A stretch of 61,640 nucleotides of DNA, the filler included. It is 6 parts of 6 records of this genome, joined end to end, with 100 filler letters (N's around TTAATTAATTAA, not from the genome) between each part and the next. Parts side by side here need not be neighbours in the genome. Positions count along the whole stretch, not along the records: positions 1 to 8,487 come from SRR31147125_25241; positions 8,588 to 26,424 come from SRR31147125_25278; 4 more parts are not named here. The stretch is one strand, 5' to 3'. The translations under genes were made by a program, and so were the position numbers. Below the pieces are notes generated by a model. That model ran no database searches and was not told where the DNA came from. It saw nothing but the letters and a program-made list of their open reading frames with translations. Shown in pieces: positions 1-10,832 of this stretch (positions are counted from its first letter, which is position 1; the number at the start of each line of letters is the position of its first letter).

Positions 1-19
1 TTAAAATGAGGAGGATAAA

Positions 20-1033
20 ATGAGTATAAAACTAAATGATGTTGTTGAAAAAGCTTTAAAAGCAATTAAAGAAGTTGATTCACTTGAAGTGATTGAATCA
101 CTTCGTGTGAAATATTTAAGTAAAAAAGGTGATATCTCACAAATGATGAGTGAGATTAGAAATTTACCAAATGAGGAAAAACCTGCATTTGGACAAAAAG
201 TAAACCAAGCAAAACAAAAAGTATCTGAAGCTTTATTTAACAAAAAACAAATATTAGAAGATAAAAAATTATTAGAAGTGCTTGCTACGGAAAAAATAGA
301 TGTGACACTTCCTGGATATCAACTCTATCAAGGAAGTATACATCCATTAAGTCAAGTCATTGAAGACTTAGAAGACTTGTTTATCGGTATGGGTTATCAA
401 ATTGCAGATGGTCCTGAAGCTGAATTAGATTATTATAATTTTGAAATGATGAATTTAGAAAAAGATCATCCTGCAAGAGATATGCAAGATACTTTTTATA
501 TTAATGAATCATTATTATTACGTACGCATACTTCGCCAGTCCAAGCAAGAACTATGTTGAAAATGAATGGAGAACCACTTAAAATTGTGTGTCCGGGTAA
601 GGTTTATCGAAGAGATGATGATGATCCAACACACTCACATCAATTCATGCAAATGGAAGGATTAGTGGTTGGTAGAGATATTTCACTTGCTAATCTAAAA
701 GATGCATTATTAAAAATGGCAAGACATTTATTTGGACCGGATCGTAAAATAAGACTTAGACCATCATTTTTCCCATTTACAGAACCAAGTTATGAAGTTG
801 ATGTATCTTATGTTAAAAAAGATGGAACAACAGGATATATTGAAATTCTTGGTGCTGGTATGGTCCATCCCAATGTATTAAAAATGGGTGGCTATGATCC
901 AGAAGTATATAGTGGATTCGCTTTTGGTGTCGGGATTGAACGTATCGCGATATTAAAATATAATATTGATGATATTAGACATTTCTATATGAACGACTTA
1001 AGATTTTTAAATCAATTTAAGGGGGACCTATAA
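20..1033 (+). CDS. pheS: Phenylalanine--tRNA ligase alpha subunit
   Basis: [38 protein letters not shown] and [10 protein letters not shown] motifs; GAGGAGG RBS. Confidence 0.98.
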   Translation: MSIKLNDVVEKALKAIKEVDSLEVIESLRVKYLSKKGDISQMMSEIRNLPNEEKPAFGQKVNQAKQKVSEALFNKKQILEDKKLLEVLATEKIDVTLPGYQLYQGSIHPLSQVIEDLEDLFIGMGYQIADGPEAELDYYNFEMMNLEKDHPARDMQDTFYINESLLLRTHTSPVQARTMLKMNGEPLKIVCPGKVYRRDDDDPTHSHQFMQMEGLVVGRDISLANLKDALLKMARHLFGPDRKIRLRPSFFPFTEPSYEVDVSYVKKDGTTGYIEILGAGMVHPNVLKMGGYDPEVYSGFAFGVGIERIAILKYNIDDIRHFYMNDLRFLNQFKGDL

Positions 1034-1035
1034 TC

Positions 1036-3396
1036 ATGATTATTACTAAAAATTTATTAAAACAATTTATAGATGTTCCAAATGATATATATGATATAAC
1101 AAATGAAAAAATTATTGAAATTGAAGCATTTGGTCCAGTCAATACATCAACAAATTTAGTAGTTGGTAAAGTATTAACTTGTGAACCCCACCCAAACAGT
1201 GATCACTTAAATTTAACAACCGTTGATTTAGGCGATCGCGTTGAGCATATTGTATGTGGTGCATCAAATGTTGGAAAAGACCAATTTGTGATTGTTGCGC
1301 AAGTCGGAACAGTATTACCAGGTGACTTTAAGATTAAAAAATCTAAAATACGTGGTGAAGCATCAAATGGTATGATTTGTTCACTTGAAGAACTAGGTTT
1401 TGATGAATCTGTGATTCCAGATGATGCAAAAGAAGGTATTTATAATTTCACTGAAAAAGTTGAAGTTGGTATGCCTGCTTTGGAAGCTCTAGCGCTTGAT
1501 GGTTGGCAAATGACATTAGGTCTAACACCAAATAGAGGTGATTTACTATCAGTATTTGGATTTGCATTAGATTTAGGGTCAGTGACTAATCAAAAAGTAA
1601 ATCGTCCCAATTACACATACCCGATTGATAAAAACGTAAAAAATCCATTTGATATTAAAATCACTTCAAATGGATGTGGCAGATACAATGCAAGATATAT
1701 TGATCAAATCAAAATTAAAGAATCACCATGGTGGTTAAAAAGTGAATTAATTGCTAGAGGCATGCGTCCTATCAATAATGTTGTTGATATTAGTAATTAT
1801 GTCTTGTTGTTACTCGGGACACCATTACATATGTTTGATGCAAGTAAAATCGGTTCAAATGAAATTGTCGTTAGAGATGCAAAAGATGGTGAAGAGGTTA
1901 TTACATTAGATGGTGTGACGAGAAAACTTGTCCCTGATGATGTGGTTATAAGTAACGGGCAAGAAGCCATTGCAATCGCTGGTGTGATGGGTCTTGAAAA
2001 TACAATGGTTGATGATAAAACAACTAAAGTTTTACTAGAAGCAGCCTATTTTGAACCTAAACGTATCGCGAAAACATCAAAACGTCTAAATCTAAAAAGT
2101 GATGCGTCACTACGATTCGAAAGAGGTATTGATGATACACGTGTACAATTAGGTATGGATCTTGCAACAAAATTACTTGTTGAACTTGCTGATGCGCGTG
2201 TTTACGATGGCGTAGCACAAGCACATAATCATGAAGTGAAACTAGAAGATATCCATATAGAAAAAGGTTATATACAAAAGGTACTAGGTATTGATATTGA
2301 AGAAAAATTATTGTTACAATATTTTAACCAATATCATTATGAAGTAAAAATAACAGATAACACGTATGTGGTAACACCACCAAGTTATCGTTTTGATATT
2401 AAAATTAAGGCGGATGTTGCAGAAGAAATTGCGCGTGTTCATGGCATAAATTGTATTCCGATGCAACAAGAACAAGTCTTAACAATTGGACGTTTGTCTA
2501 CAAAACAAAAACGATTAAGAATGTTACGTCATCATCTCGCTGATTTAGGATTAAATGAATTGATTACGTATACATTAAAATCAGAAGTTGACGTTCAAAA
2601 TTACAGACATTTAGGCGAACCGATATCTGTACTTATGCCACTTAGTGAAGATAAGAAAGTGTTAAGACAAAGTTTATTAAATGGCTTATTTGAAACATTA
2701 AAATACAATCGCGCAAGACAACATCAAGATATGCATGTATTTGAAATTGGTCATGTTTTCGCAAAAGATGTTGAAAAAAACATGCTTGCGATTGCAATGC
2801 ATGGAAGTTGGCATAAACAAACATGGGCAAAAGAACAAATCAAAGCGGATTTTTATGTCTTAAAAGGTTTGATTGATGAAACTTTCCAAAGATTACATCT
2901 ATCTTTTGATTATCAAGCAACAACTGATAAAGATTTCCTTCACCCATTTAGACAAGCAGATATTTTATTCAAAGGAAAAATAGTTGGTTTTATAGGTCAA
3001 GCACATCCAAGTACATTAAAAAACTATGATTTATCACAAACCATTGTTGCAGAAATAGATCTTGATTTATTGCTTGTTGAAACACATAAATTATTATATG
3101 TTCCGATGAGTAAATATCCATCGATTTCAAGAGATTTAAGTGTTGTCGTTAAAGAAGCTGTAAATGTGAAGCGTATGCTTGATCTTATTGCTCAAACAGT
3201 AAGGAAATATTTGGTTTCACTTGAAGTGTTTGATGTTTATCAAGGTAAACATATTGAACAAGGTATGAAATCAGTTGCGTTTAACATTGTATTTAACGAT
3301 GTTCATAAAACGCTTGAGAGTGAAGAGGTTGACAAGCTCATGAAAAAAGTCATGATTAGATTAGATAGAGAATTAGATGCTAAAGTAAGAACCTGA
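1036..3396 (+). CDS. pheT: Phenylalanine--tRNA ligase beta subunit
   Basis: 786 aa; OB tRNA-binding domain (HPNSDHL, IVCGASNV), TPNRGD, RFERG, C-terminal FDX-ACB (RDLSVVV); follows pheS. Confidence 0.98.
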   Translation: MIITKNLLKQFIDVPNDIYDITNEKIIEIEAFGPVNTSTNLVVGKVLTCEPHPNSDHLNLTTVDLGDRVEHIVCGASNVGKDQFVIVAQVGTVLPGDFKIKKSKIRGEASNGMICSLEELGFDESVIPDDAKEGIYNFTEKVEVGMPALEALALDGWQMTLGLTPNRGDLLSVFGFALDLGSVTNQKVNRPNYTYPIDKNVKNPFDIKITSNGCGRYNARYIDQIKIKESPWWLKSELIARGMRPINNVVDISNYVLLLLGTPLHMFDASKIGSNEIVVRDAKDGEEVITLDGVTRKLVPDDVVISNGQEAIAIAGVMGLENTMVDDKTTKVLLEAAYFEPKRIAKTSKRLNLKSDASLRFERGIDDTRVQLGMDLATKLLVELADARVYDGVAQAHNHEVKLEDIHIEKGYIQKVLGIDIEEKLLLQYFNQYHYEVKITDNTYVVTPPSYRFDIKIKADVAEEIARVHGINCIPMQQEQVLTIGRLSTKQKRLRMLRHHLADLGLNELITYTLKSEVDVQNYRHLGEPISVLMPLSEDKKVLRQSLLNGLFETLKYNRARQHQDMHVFEIGHVFAKDVEKNMLAIAMHGSWHKQTWAKEQIKADFYVLKGLIDETFQRLHLSFDYQATTDKDFLHPFRQADILFKGKIVGFIGQAHPSTLKNYDLSQTIVAEIDLDLLLVETHKLLYVPMSKYPSISRDLSVVVKEAVNVKRMLDLIAQTVRKYLVSLEVFDVYQGKHIEQGMKSVAFNIVFNDVHKTLESEEVDKLMKKVMIRLDRELDAKVRT

Positions 3397-3414
3397 TGAA
3401 TCAGGTTTTTCTTT
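3389..3414 (+). terminator. Probable intrinsic terminator after pheT
   Basis: AACCTGA-TGAA-TCAGGTT hairpin followed by a T-rich tract. Confidence 0.6.
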
Positions 3415-3466
3415 CGTTTCTTTTTCAAACGATTATTTATCGTGTATAATATGAATAGGTGATGAA

Positions 3467-4483
3467 ATGTTAATTTACGATTTAACTTTAGATGAACTCA
3501 TTAAATATCTAGAGGACAAAAACTATAAGAAATATCGAGCTGAACAAATTTGGCATTGGTTGTATAAGCAAAAAGTATCTTCATTTGATGAAATGAAGAA
3601 TTTGCCAAATGATTTAGTATCGTTATTAAAAGGAAATTTTAAACTTGAAGCATTAGAACTTGTCGTTAAGCATCAAAGTGTTGATGGCACACTTAAATGC
3701 CTTTATAGTTTGCATGATGGCCATTTAATTGAGGCTGTACTGATGAAACAACATTATGGTAATTCAATATGTGTAACAACACAGGTTGGATGTAATATTG
3801 GGTGTTCTTTTTGTGCATCTGGACAACTTGCTAAAAAAAGAGATCTTACATCAGGTGAAATTATTGCACAAGTCATTGAAACTGAAAAACTACTAGGTGA
3901 ACGTATTAATTATATTGTTGTGATGGGTATTGGTGAACCATTTGATAATTACAAACATCTTACGCAGTTTTTATTAACTGCAAATGATCCAAAAGGTTTA
4001 GAAATTGGCGCAAGACATATTACAGTATCAACTTCAGGAATTGTCCCTAAAATTAAAGAATATGCTCATTTTGGCATACAAGTAAATTTAGCAGTAAGTT
4101 TGCATGCACCAAATAATAAAATAAGAACACAACTTATGAAAATAAATCAAGCTTATCCAGTTGAAGAAGTTCTTGATGCGATACGCTATTATTTGAAAGT
4201 TGCTAATCGACGTGTAACGATTGAATATATTTTAATTGATCAAGTCAATGATATGGAAGAAGTCGCTGTTGAACTTGCCAAACAATTAAGAGGACTTAAT
4301 GTCTATGTGAATTTAATTCCATACAATGAAGTCATCGAAGCACCCTATAAACGATCGAAATTAGAATCTCAATTGAAATTCTACGATATACTAAAGAAAC
4401 AAAAAATTCAAGTGACACTCAGAAAAGAACAGGGTCACGATATCAATGCTGCTTGCGGGCAGCTTAGAAGTCAACATCTATAG
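3467..4483 (+). CDS. rlmN: 23S rRNA (A2503)/tRNA C2-methyltransferase, radical SAM
   Basis: CxxxCxxC (CNIGCSFC), MGIGEP, SLHAP, C-terminal AACGQL; TGTATAAT extended -10 at ~3443. Confidence 0.97.
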   Translation: MLIYDLTLDELIKYLEDKNYKKYRAEQIWHWLYKQKVSSFDEMKNLPNDLVSLLKGNFKLEALELVVKHQSVDGTLKCLYSLHDGHLIEAVLMKQHYGNSICVTTQVGCNIGCSFCASGQLAKKRDLTSGEIIAQVIETEKLLGERINYIVVMGIGEPFDNYKHLTQFLLTANDPKGLEIGARHITVSTSGIVPKIKEYAHFGIQVNLAVSLHAPNNKIRTQLMKINQAYPVEEVLDAIRYYLKVANRRVTIEYILIDQVNDMEEVAVELAKQLRGLNVYVNLIPYNEVIEAPYKRSKLESQLKFYDILKKQKIQVTLRKEQGHDINAACGQLRSQHL

Positions 4484-4493
4484 GAGGCATTTT

Positions 4494-5450
4494 TTGGAAA
4501 CAGCTTTTATTACAAAGATCATCTCAAATCAATATACGATTTACGATATGCATAAACAAGAAAGTATTATTGCACAAGCACGTGGCAAACTAAGATATAT
4601 GCGTATTAACGAAGATAACACGTTTAATAAACAACTCACAAGAAAGACAAAAAAAGAAACAAAGATTATTCAAATTAGTCCTAAAATTGGTGATAGGGTT
4701 TATTATGCTAATGACCACGATCAAGTGTTTATTGAAGAGATACTTCCAAGAAAAAATGAACTCACAAGACCAGATGTTGCCAATGTGGATCAAGTATTAT
4801 TAGTATTTAGTGCAGTAAAACCAGATTTTAGTTTTTATTTACTTGATAAGTTCTTAGTAATTTTAAAACAAGAAAACTTGCAACCTGTGATTGTTATATC
4901 AAAAATTGATTTAATTGATGAACAAACCTTGTTCCAATTAAAAAAGGACTTAACGTATTATGAAAAAATAGGTTATGATTTATTTTATGTCAATAGTAAG
5001 CAAAAAATAGGTTTTGATGTATTAGAAGACATATTTAAAGATAAAATTACAGTACTTGCAGGTCAAACAGGTGTTGGGAAATCTACACTACTTAATGCCT
5101 TAATGCCACATTTAGGGTTAAAAACACAAGAAATATCCAAAGCATTAGGACGAGGTAAACATACAACAAGACACTCTGAGTTATATCGATTTAATCAAGG
5201 ATATATTGCTGATACACCAGGATTTTCAAAAATAGAATTTAAAATATATTATAAAGATGAACTTAAACGATTATATCCGGATTTTATGGCTTTATCAGAT
5301 GATTGTAAATTCAAGAATAAATGCATGCATTTACATGAGCCAAAATGTGCAGTCAAACTGGCTGTTGAAAACCAAGAAATACTAAAATCAAGATATGAGA
5401 ATTACAAAGCATTTTGCCAAGAAATTGAACAACAAAAAGCAAAATATTAA
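4494..5450 (+). CDS. rsgA: Ribosome small subunit-dependent GTPase A
   Basis: Circularly permuted GTPase (SKIDL, GQTGVGKS, GKHTT, DTPG) with C-terminal Zn site; TTG start after AGGAGG. Confidence 0.95.
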   Translation: METAFITKIISNQYTIYDMHKQESIIAQARGKLRYMRINEDNTFNKQLTRKTKKETKIIQISPKIGDRVYYANDHDQVFIEEILPRKNELTRPDVANVDQVLLVFSAVKPDFSFYLLDKFLVILKQENLQPVIVISKIDLIDEQTLFQLKKDLTYYEKIGYDLFYVNSKQKIGFDVLEDIFKDKITVLAGQTGVGKSTLLNALMPHLGLKTQEISKALGRGKHTTRHSELYRFNQGYIADTPGFSKIEFKIYYKDELKRLYPDFMALSDDCKFKNKCMHLHEPKCAVKLAVENQEILKSRYENYKAFCQEIEQQKAKY

Positions 5451-5459
5451 GGAGATTAT

Positions 5460-6089
5460 ATGTTAGTAGCCCCATCAATATTAACTGCAAATTTTGCAAA
5501 ATTAAAAAAACAATTAAAGAAAATATCTTCAGCTGATTATGTACATATTGATATTATGGATGGACATTTTGTTCCGAACATATCTTTTGGACCGAGTATC
5601 ACTGAAAAAATTAGTAAAGTGGCTCATCCTAAATTGGATGTTCATTTGATGGTCACTGACCCTCTTGATTGGATTGATAAGTTTAGCTTTAAACATGTCG
5701 AGTTTATAACGGTACATGTAGAATCTAATCATTACTATAAAGCGATGGACCGCATTAGAGAAAACGGTAAAAAAGTTGGGATTTCTATTAAACCATATAC
5801 GCCACTAGATGAGATTATAGGTTTACTTGATCAAGTTGATCTTGTGTTAGTTATGACAGTTGAACCAGGCTTTGGTGGGCAAAAATTCATGCCTGATATG
5901 TTAGAGAAAGTTAAAATGCTTAAATCATTTAAAGAAAAAAATAATTTTGATTTCTTGATAGAAGTCGATGGAGGCATTAATCAGCAAACCATCGATGTAT
6001 GTAAGGAAGCAGGGGTAGATATGGTTGTTGCTGGAAGTTATGTGTTTAATGCATTAGATAAAAAGAAAGCGATTGATTCCCTACGATGA
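5460..6089 (+). CDS. rpe: Ribulose-phosphate 3-epimerase
   Basis: APSIL, HIDIMDGHFVPN, MTVEPGFGGQ, EVDGG. Confidence 0.97.
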   Translation: MLVAPSILTANFAKLKKQLKKISSADYVHIDIMDGHFVPNISFGPSITEKISKVAHPKLDVHLMVTDPLDWIDKFSFKHVEFITVHVESNHYYKAMDRIRENGKKVGISIKPYTPLDEIIGLLDQVDLVLVMTVEPGFGGQKFMPDMLEKVKMLKSFKEKNNFDFLIEVDGGINQQTIDVCKEAGVDMVVAGSYVFNALDKKKAIDSLR

Positions 6090-6688
6090 GAGCAATTGTA
6101 GTGACATACCCTGTTCCCAAAGATATTAGACAAATATTTCAATTAAAAACAGATGATTACATCATTGCTGTTGATCAAGCTGTACTTGCGTTATATAAAC
6201 AACGTATTAAAATAGATTTAGCAATTGGTGATTTTGATAGTTTGAAAAATAAAGGTGTACTTAAAACTTTAAATACGATTGAACTTTCACCTATAAAAGA
6301 TGTTACAGATACCTATCAAGCAATTGTAGAAGCTTATCAACTTGATGTGGATGCTGTGTATTTGATTGGTGGATTTGGTGGTGCTAGAATTGAACACTTC
6401 ATGGGTCATTTAACATTATTTCATGCATTTCCTAAACTCGTGATGCTTGATGATCATAGTGAAATAACATGTGTTGAAAAAGGAGAATATCCGATGTCAA
6501 CTGATAGATATATTTCATTTTATGCTTATCCAGAAGCAACGATATCACTTAAAAATTTCAAATATGAATTAGACCATTATGCCCTTCAACTATTTGATAA
6601 TTTAGCCATTAGTAACGAAACAAAAAAAGATGCTATACTCATACTTCATGAGGGACGCATCTTAATTGTAAAATCTAAAAAAGATTAA
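6086..6688 (+). CDS. thiN: Thiamine diphosphokinase
   Basis: IGDFDS, KDVTD and GGxGxRxxH motifs; ATGA overlap with rpe; usual rsgA-rpe-thiN order. Confidence 0.9.
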   Translation: MRAIVVTYPVPKDIRQIFQLKTDDYIIAVDQAVLALYKQRIKIDLAIGDFDSLKNKGVLKTLNTIELSPIKDVTDTYQAIVEAYQLDVDAVYLIGGFGGARIEHFMGHLTLFHAFPKLVMLDDHSEITCVEKGEYPMSTDRYISFYAYPEATISLKNFKYELDHYALQLFDNLAISNETKKDAILILHEGRILIVKSKKD

Positions 6689-8208
6689 TATATCACTTTG
6701 AATTGATCATGAGATTTCATGTTTAATTCAGGGTGTTTTTTTATATAAGAAACCATCATATCAACATATTCAATATCATAGACTTCGAGTACTCTACCTT
6801 TGGTAAACATATCAAAGTCACCACCACCATTTGCTCGGTAACTATTTAAACAAAGTGTAAACAAGTCATCATCTTTGACTTCTTTTTCGTTAAAGGTTAA
6901 ATCAATTAAACGTTGACCTATAGGATTTGACACTTTATAGGTATAAGATATACCATCATAAATATCAAAGTTGTAATGCTCAAGTTTAGGGTGAATATAT
7001 GCATCATGAATAACGATTTCTTGATTTTTTGTATCAAAATACATTGCATTACGTTCTAAAGCTTCTTTTAAAAGTTTTCCAGTAATTTCCATTTTAACGA
7101 TGGCGTTAACATAGATGAAGTTAGCGGCGATTTCTCGTTTTGTCACTTTTTTAGAAATACCTAATGCTTGATTTGGAAGCGATGCTAGAGATATATCAGC
7201 TTGTGTTAATTGTTTTTGAATCATATTAATAAATTGAAAAAAGATGTGGTTATTTAGTCGATCATGAAATTGATCATGAATGGTCATATCACAAGCAATC
7301 TCACCAACTGATTCATCTAATGATTGATCAGTTTTTTCAATCACATCTTTAAATGCGTATTCAAAACTTTCGTTGGCAATAAAATCATTTTTAATCAGTT
7401 GTGTGTGGTTATTGATCAGTTGACCAGATGGATCAAATGTTAAATCTATTTGACCAAAATTAATAGCTTGATTAGCGGTTTGAATGGTTGATTTTAATCC
7501 CTTATGATAAACTGTTGGTTGATGTTGGTGTCCACACAGTAAAACATCAACTTCAGGTATTTCAAAAATTTGATAGCCTTCGTTTTCAGATGTCGGTCTG
7601 CCTATAGGCTGACCAGTTTTCAAATCTTTTTCATAGCCTCCATGATAGAGCACAATGATAGCATCCGTTTTTGATTTTAGTAAAGATGCATATGTTTTTA
7701 CAGTTTCATATGCGGATACAAAATGCATACATTTAATGTGTTCAGGTTTCTCCCAATGCGGAATATATGAGGTTGTTACACCAATAATACCAAGTTTAAT
7801 ACCTGCTATTTCTTTAATAGCATAAGGCATAAATAATGGGTTTTTCTGATCATCTAAAATATTTGCACACAAGCAGGTAGCATGCGCATTTTTTATGAAA
7901 GCATTTAACTCTTTAGGACCATAATTAAAGTCATGATTTCCAAGTGTATAAAATGCGTAATTTATGAGATTAAAAGATTTACTTACAGGGTTTTCTAGTT
8001 GATGATTTCTTGCATAATCCATCAGTGGTGATCCTTGGAGTACGTCACCATTATCTAACAGTAATAAATGATCATCAATACTATTTACATAAGTCATAAA
8101 ACGTGACAATGAAGCGGATTTTCTAGATTTATCAACAAAATTATATGTTGAAATTTGCCCATGGACATCCGAAGTATATAGGATATGTATGTTAATGTTT
8201 TTTTTCAT
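6685..8208 (-). CDS. Bifunctional metallophosphatase/5'-nucleotidase (2',3'-cyclic nucleotide phosphodiesterase family)
   Basis: TSDVHG, DNGD, GNHDFNYG, GHQH, NSYRANGGG; no signal peptide. Confidence 0.9.
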   Translation of the reverse strand: MKKNINIHILYTSDVHGQISTYNFVDKSRKSASLSRFMTYVNSIDDHLLLLDNGDVLQGSPLMDYARNHQLENPVSKSFNLINYAFYTLGNHDFNYGPKELNAFIKNAHATCLCANILDDQKNPLFMPYAIKEIAGIKLGIIGVTTSYIPHWEKPEHIKCMHFVSAYETVKTYASLLKSKTDAIIVLYHGGYEKDLKTGQPIGRPTSENEGYQIFEIPEVDVLLCGHQHQPTVYHKGLKSTIQTANQAINFGQIDLTFDPSGQLINNHTQLIKNDFIANESFEYAFKDVIEKTDQSLDESVGEIACDMTIHDQFHDRLNNHIFFQFINMIQKQLTQADISLASLPNQALGISKKVTKREIAANFIYVNAIVKMEITGKLLKEALERNAMYFDTKNQEIVIHDAYIHPKLEHYNFDIYDGISYTYKVSNPIGQRLIDLTFNEKEVKDDDLFTLCLNSYRANGGGDFDMFTKGRVLEVYDIEYVDMMVSYIKKHPELNMKSHDQFKVIY

Positions 8209-8487
8209 AATTCACCTCTTGATGATTTTATTCTATCATAATCAGTTTAAGAATATCTCATGTTTTACTACTGCATTTATATAGTGTTTCTTATTTTCGT
8301 TGAGATCTAAATGCTAAATGAAAGAACAATAAACGAATGAATGAAGTTGGTTAAAATGATGCAAGATTTATTTTTTATGTCTGGATACATATAATAAAGA
8401 TTGTATTTTTAATTATAGATGTTTCATTTGATGAAAGTAGTAAAATAAATTTCCATGGCAAGATTAATTTCAGGTGAAAAATAAAAA

Positions 8488-8587
8488 NNNNNNNNNNNNN
8501 NNNNNNNNNNNNNNNNNNNNNNNNNNNNNNNTTAATTAATTAANNNNNNNNNNNNNNNNNNNNNNNNNNNNNNNNNNNNNNNNNNNN
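8488..8587. other. Artificial contig spacer (N44-TTAATTAATTAA-N44)
   Basis: N run with six-frame stop linker at 8532-8543; composition changes across it. Confidence 0.99.
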
Positions 8588-9009
8588 TTCCTTTAGAAGA
8601 AATACTTCCTTTAGAAGCGGAACCTGAACCTGAACCAGAAGTCGAGCCTGTACCCGAGCCAGTTGAAGTTGCAGTGGTTGAACCTGAACCTGATCCAATA
8701 ATTGAGGAAGAGGAAGAAGAAGATTTTACCCCATATGTAAAACCGGACACAGATCCGCGTTACTGGGTACTTGCCGGTTCTTATAATACCATTAATGATG
8801 CCGAGATTGGGTTGAACTATTTAAGCAGAAACGGTTTGAACGGTTCCATATCAGTAATCAGTGAAGAAGATTTTCAGCTGCGGCTTGGTCCGTATGGCAG
8901 CGCACAGCAGGCTCTTGAGTTTGCGGATGCGGTAAACAGTATTTCCGGATTTATCGGTCGAGCTACGGTGAATATAACCATCCCCAGAGCTTGGGATAAC
9001 GGATCATGA
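8588..9009 (+). CDS. SPOR-domain protein, 5'-truncated (Pro/Glu-rich linker plus SPOR domain)
   Basis: EPEPEP linker, then YWVLAGSY...A...L...G...FQLRLGPYGSAQQA SPOR pattern; frame open to the contig edge. Confidence 0.75.
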
Positions 9010-9056
9010 TGTCTCGTAGGTAAGAGCCGATTTCGTAACGTAAAGGAGATTTCCGG

Positions 9057-10313
9057 ATGGAAAAACAGCATGGAAGACTCTTAGTACTGCTTATCGGTTT
9101 TATAGCAGCTATGTTCATTACAGGTCTCATTGTAGATTCTCCCGGAGAAGCTCTGCGCGGATTCTGGGAACTGCAGCTCTCTCCCGGCAGGTTGATCCAG
9201 GACTTTATGCAGGTATCCGGAATTGGTGCTGCCTTGGTGAATGCTGCACTGGCAGGGGCAGTTGGGCTTGTAATAATACTGCTGCATAAAGTAAAATTAT
9301 CCGGTCCCACATTCGCGGCGATATTTACTATTGTCGGCTTTGGTCTGTTCGGGAAAACCCCCTTTAATATCATACCGATCATGGCAGGAGTATTTCTGGC
9401 TGCAAAATTTGCCGGAAAAAGCACGAATGAATACCTGATTATTGCACTATTCGGCACTGCACTGGGGCCGATCGTCAGCTTTATTTTGTTCGAGATTGGC
9501 ATTAACGGATGGATTGCAATACCGCTTGGAATTATTGCGGGAGTTGGTACGGGTTTTATTCTGCCGTCTCTTGCGGTTTCAATGCTGAATCTCCATCAGG
9601 GATACAACCTTTACAACATGGGATTGACCTGCGGATTCTTTGCACTGTTCGCCGCATCGCTGGCAAAATCGTCAGGGCATCAATTTGCCGGAAGCTTCGA
9701 ATGGTATAACGGCGGATCCCTGCTGCTGGTGCTGCTGGTTCCGGTCCTTTCACTGATTCTCATCATCTACGGCACAATTCTCAGCGGTACTGTCAAAACC
9801 TGGATCAGGAATCTGAAACTTGTATTCATGGAATCGGGGCGGCTGCCTTCGGATTTCATGGAGTTGGCCTCTTTTTCCGGCGCGTTGATCAACAGCGGTT
9901 TACTGGGTCTGATCTTTTCGGCCTACCTGATAATAATTGGAGCCGACTTCAACGGACCGGTAATCGGCGGTCTTCTGACGGTTATGGGATTCGGTGCCTT
10001 CGGTACCCATCTGAAGAATTCCTGGCCGGTAGCCCTGGGGGTTGCCTGCAGTACACTGGTATTCGGCAGGGGATTGGCTGAACCGGGACCGGTGCTGGCT
10101 ATACTGTTCGGTACGACCCTGGCACCTCTGGCCGGACAGTTCGGTATGATAACCGGATTTATCGCCGGATTTATTCATCTTTTCATGGTCCTGCAGACCG
10201 GAGCATGGCAGGGTGGTATCAATCTCTACAATAATGGATTCACCGGCGGAATAACCGCGGCACTGATCATTGCCGTCATTCAGTGGCTGAGATCAAATAA
10301 GAAAGATTTTTAA
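9057..10313 (+). CDS. DUF1576 family multi-pass membrane protein
   Basis: Internal duplication with GFGLFGK/GFGAFG, LFGTALGP/LFGTTLAP and HQGYNLYNMG/GINLYNNGF. Confidence 0.85.
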   Translation: MEKQHGRLLVLLIGFIAAMFITGLIVDSPGEALRGFWELQLSPGRLIQDFMQVSGIGAALVNAALAGAVGLVIILLHKVKLSGPTFAAIFTIVGFGLFGKTPFNIIPIMAGVFLAAKFAGKSTNEYLIIALFGTALGPIVSFILFEIGINGWIAIPLGIIAGVGTGFILPSLAVSMLNLHQGYNLYNMGLTCGFFALFAASLAKSSGHQFAGSFEWYNGGSLLLVLLVPVLSLILIIYGTILSGTVKTWIRNLKLVFMESGRLPSDFMELASFSGALINSGLLGLIFSAYLIIIGADFNGPVIGGLLTVMGFGAFGTHLKNSWPVALGVACSTLVFGRGLAEPGPVLAILFGTTLAPLAGQFGMITGFIAGFIHLFMVLQTGAWQGGINLYNNGFTGGITAALIIAVIQWLRSNKKDF

Positions 10314-10328
10314 CGGGGAGAAAACGGG

Positions 10329-10712
10329 ATGAAAAGGAAAGATCTGATAGTAAAGCTGATTGGTGAGATATCGAGCTATATCCTGGAAAACGACCCGATG
10401 CGCATGGTGATATCTCTTCATCAGGAAGAGGACGGCATGCATCTGGCTATTCTGGATGAGAATAATCACAGTGATGAGGAGATTGCCAGGCTGGAAAAGC
10501 GGTTGAACAGCCGTAAAAGACCGGAATTGTCGGGGTATTACGGGGCGATGACCGGCCATAATTTTCTTGGCGCGGCCCAGCTGGATTTGCTTGGATGGCA
10601 AGTGAAGCACGCCGATATCGAGCGAACCAGCAGCGGTATAAAGATAGACCTCTGGCTGGGCGGGGAACGATTCGAAAGCGATCGCTTCAATATACCCAAA
10701 GAGGAATCGTAA
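10329..10712 (+). CDS. Hypothetical protein co-transcribed with DUF1576
   Basis: 127-aa ORF, GGGGAG RBS, 15 nt after the DUF1576 stop. Confidence 0.75.
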   Translation: MKRKDLIVKLIGEISSYILENDPMRMVISLHQEEDGMHLAILDENNHSDEEIARLEKRLNSRKRPELSGYYGAMTGHNFLGAAQLDLLGWQVKHADIERTSSGIKIDLWLGGERFESDRFNIPKEES

Positions 10713-10832
10713 TCGGGTTTAGGCAGCCGGCGCGATAATCTGAACATCAACCTTTTTTACTATACAAAATTGCATAATATCGGTAAGTTTGTGTTACTTT
10801 ATTCCTGAACAAAGCAGGTGTAGGATAGTGGT

